Below, piece after piece: positions 61,845-64,000 of a stretch of 64,000 nucleotides of DNA. The stretch spans positions 4,588,001 to 4,652,000 of the forward strand of contig NW_026262712.1 in assembly GCF_021869535.1 (NCBI RefSeq), in the 5' to 3' direction. The stretch is from Mytilus californianus. Taxonomy: Eukaryota. The notes beneath the pieces were generated by a model that saw only the letters and a list, made by a program, of their open reading frames with translations, was not told the origin of the DNA and ran no database searches. Position 1 is the stretch's first letter, and each line of letters opens with the position of its first letter. A program made the position numbers and the translations under genes.

Positions 61845-62696
61845 GTAAGTTATAAATTCTGCATACTGTTATCCTTTGAATACTGTATTAATTTTTTGAT
61901 TTCATTGCAAAAAAAAAACATTTTAGGGAGATAAAGAAAAACAGAAATTATAATAATGTTGCATTTATTGACAGAATTATTATTATAAACCTGAAAGAGA
62001 TTTTTAAATCATTGCAGACAAACTAATACATATTTGACAAATGTAGGTGTAATAGCCAGTGCGCTAACCCATTGCTGTTTATAGCCACGTCATTTGGTCT
62101 CTGGTAGATAGATGTCATACGCAATTATACGACATCTTCTGATCTTTAAAAGGATAGTCTATTTCCTCGCGCTTGACATGTATGCTCTATTTTTTATAGG
62201 ATGAATTTTATCTTGAGATAACTCCTTTTATTTGTACATCTTAATTTTGTCGCTTTATCATTGAAATTGTGTGCCCTGTTATCACATTTATCTAAAGTGA
62301 TGTGCATCGTGGTTGTCTAATTTTGTATCGTTTATGTTGTGAACAGTGAATCTTTAAGCTACATTTAACCGTATTTTTATTTCAGATATAATGTATAATT
62401 TGTTGATATTATAATGCAGCAGTATTCTATATTGAATTCTGTAAATGTAAACCGATCCATGCATTGTTTGAAAAATATTTTACGACAACTACGCTACAAC
62501 CCAGTTAACACAAAAACATTTTGTTTATGTTTTAAAAACATTTTGAAAAATGTTGTAAAAATATCGTAAAAAAATATCGTCCTGGCCCCCCCTCATGAAG
62601 CTACATAAATGGTAAATCTAATTCCACCTATTCCACTCCAACGTTGTTTAGTTTGGTGCCTGTGGCCCCCTTTTCAAAATCCTGGATCGTCATCTT

Positions 62697-62822
62697 AAAA
62701 ACAACTGCTGTGATACTAATCGATTTTTACCCCACATTTCCTTTTGCAATTGTTTGTTGTTGAAAAACAACTGCTGTCATACAGATTTTAACCCCATATC
62801 TCCTTTTACAATTGTCTGTTAT
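62697..62822. repeat. About 65-bp tandem duplication
   Basis: aaaacaactgctgt.atac...gatttt.acccca.at.tcctttt.caattgt occurs twice. Confidence 0.7.
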
Positions 62823-63457
62823 GACAGTGAAATCTACATATAATTTGTCGGATTGATATCTAATTGACATAACCCATCTATTTCCTGTTTTAGATATCAT
62901 TTTTATTCACAAATCTGATTTTTATTTAATAGTCCATTTTTTATTTTAAAGTATTGCCTTAAACACGTTACAACTTGTCATGTTTTCACTGACAGAAAGG
63001 TATTCTTTTTTCAGATTTTAAATATCTTTGTGCATTTTATTTGGTCTTCGCATTGAACAAAACATTTTGTAGAAATATTACTTGATCTCTCGTTTGATCA
63101 TTTGTAGCATCTATATGATATAAAATAAAACTGTACAGTACCATTTTCCCAACTGAGAGCAGGGTCTGTAACCTTTTCTTGGACTTACAAAAAAAAAAAA
63201 AGTCTCCTAATGGTTATTGTATATTTTAACGCAAATGTATGTAATATAGATTGAGGATATTAAAGAATAAATACCTTCACAAAATTTGCTCCTCCAGGAT
63301 GGTTTGAATCATTTCTAAGCTCATTAACTTCTGCATATCTTCAATCTATCCCTAATTTTGGCACTTCTAATTGATCCTACAAAAGTTAAAAAAATAAATA
63401 AAATACAGGTAAGAAAAACTCACATTGTATTAGTCAGCTTCAAAGGCCACAACATTC

Positions 63458-64000
63458 AACTAGAGGCTCTCAAGAGCCTGTGTCGCTCACCTGATTCTAC
63501 TTTGGTTTTGAAAATCATGTTAAAATAGATTAAAATCATAACAGATACCCTAATAAAGAGTGAGGCCAAATTTGGTTTAATATTGGCACAGTAATTTAAT
63601 AAAAAATCCTGGTGGCCATCTTGAACAGTAAATCATCAACAAAGTAGCAACACTTCATCAGCACCTCATAAGAAACAGTTATGCCATGTTTGGTTTCATT
63701 TCATTCAGTGCACCTCTAGAAGAAGCATTTGCATGTATTTCAAATAGGGTCTTATGTTAAAGGAAGTCCCCCCGCTGGTGGCCATCATGGATAAAGGATC
63801 AGCTTCAAAGTAACAACACTTAGTCAGCACCTCATAAGGAACATTCATGCCATGTTTGGTTTCAATCCATTCAGTGGTTCTCTAAAAGAAGACATTTGTA
63901 TGTATTGTCCATAGGGTCCTTTGTTAAACACTGTCCCCAGTTGGTGGCCATCTTGGATTATGGATCGGCTTCAAAGTAACAACACTTGGTCAGCACCTCA
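63458..64000 (+). mobile_element. Helentron-associated (HINE-like) element with internal 166-bp tandem array, cut by the window end
   Basis: Start aactagaGGCTCTcaAGAGCC hairpin; ggtggccatc recurs at 63611, 63777 and 63943 (period 166). Confidence 0.7.

Noticed and set aside
63013-63170. Candidate second exon of gene C
   Set aside because: It has an early stop and no convincing similarity to gene B 50044-50274.

Overview
AT-rich, intron-rich animal genomic DNA. The repeat families and hammerhead-bearing elements point to a bivalve mollusc, most likely Mytilus (inference). None of the ORF-track entries is a complete gene. Manual splicing reveals three paralogous genes, each apparently encoding three tetraspanin modules fused in one polypeptide (predicted 12 TM, about 1000 aa, long charged cytoplasmic tail). 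Gene A (+, 3..14669) starts upstream of the window; its 16 visible exons splice in frame (786 aa plus stop). Gene B (-, 16856..51723) has the same three-repeat layout but is disrupted by a Penelope-like RT fragment, a TTAA-flanked MITE, a frameshift and a nonsense codon. Gene C (+) shows only its first coding exon (61773..61844). The arrangement is A-> <-B C->. Introns and spacers hold Penelope-like retroelement fragments, about 13 decayed minimal hammerhead ribozyme motifs (retrozyme-like), tRNA-derived SINEs, nested MITEs, a decayed probable DNA transposase and a Helentron-type element with a 166-bp tandem array. No prokaryotic features, CRISPR arrays, rRNA or true tRNA genes were seen. All analysis is by eye; no database searches were run.
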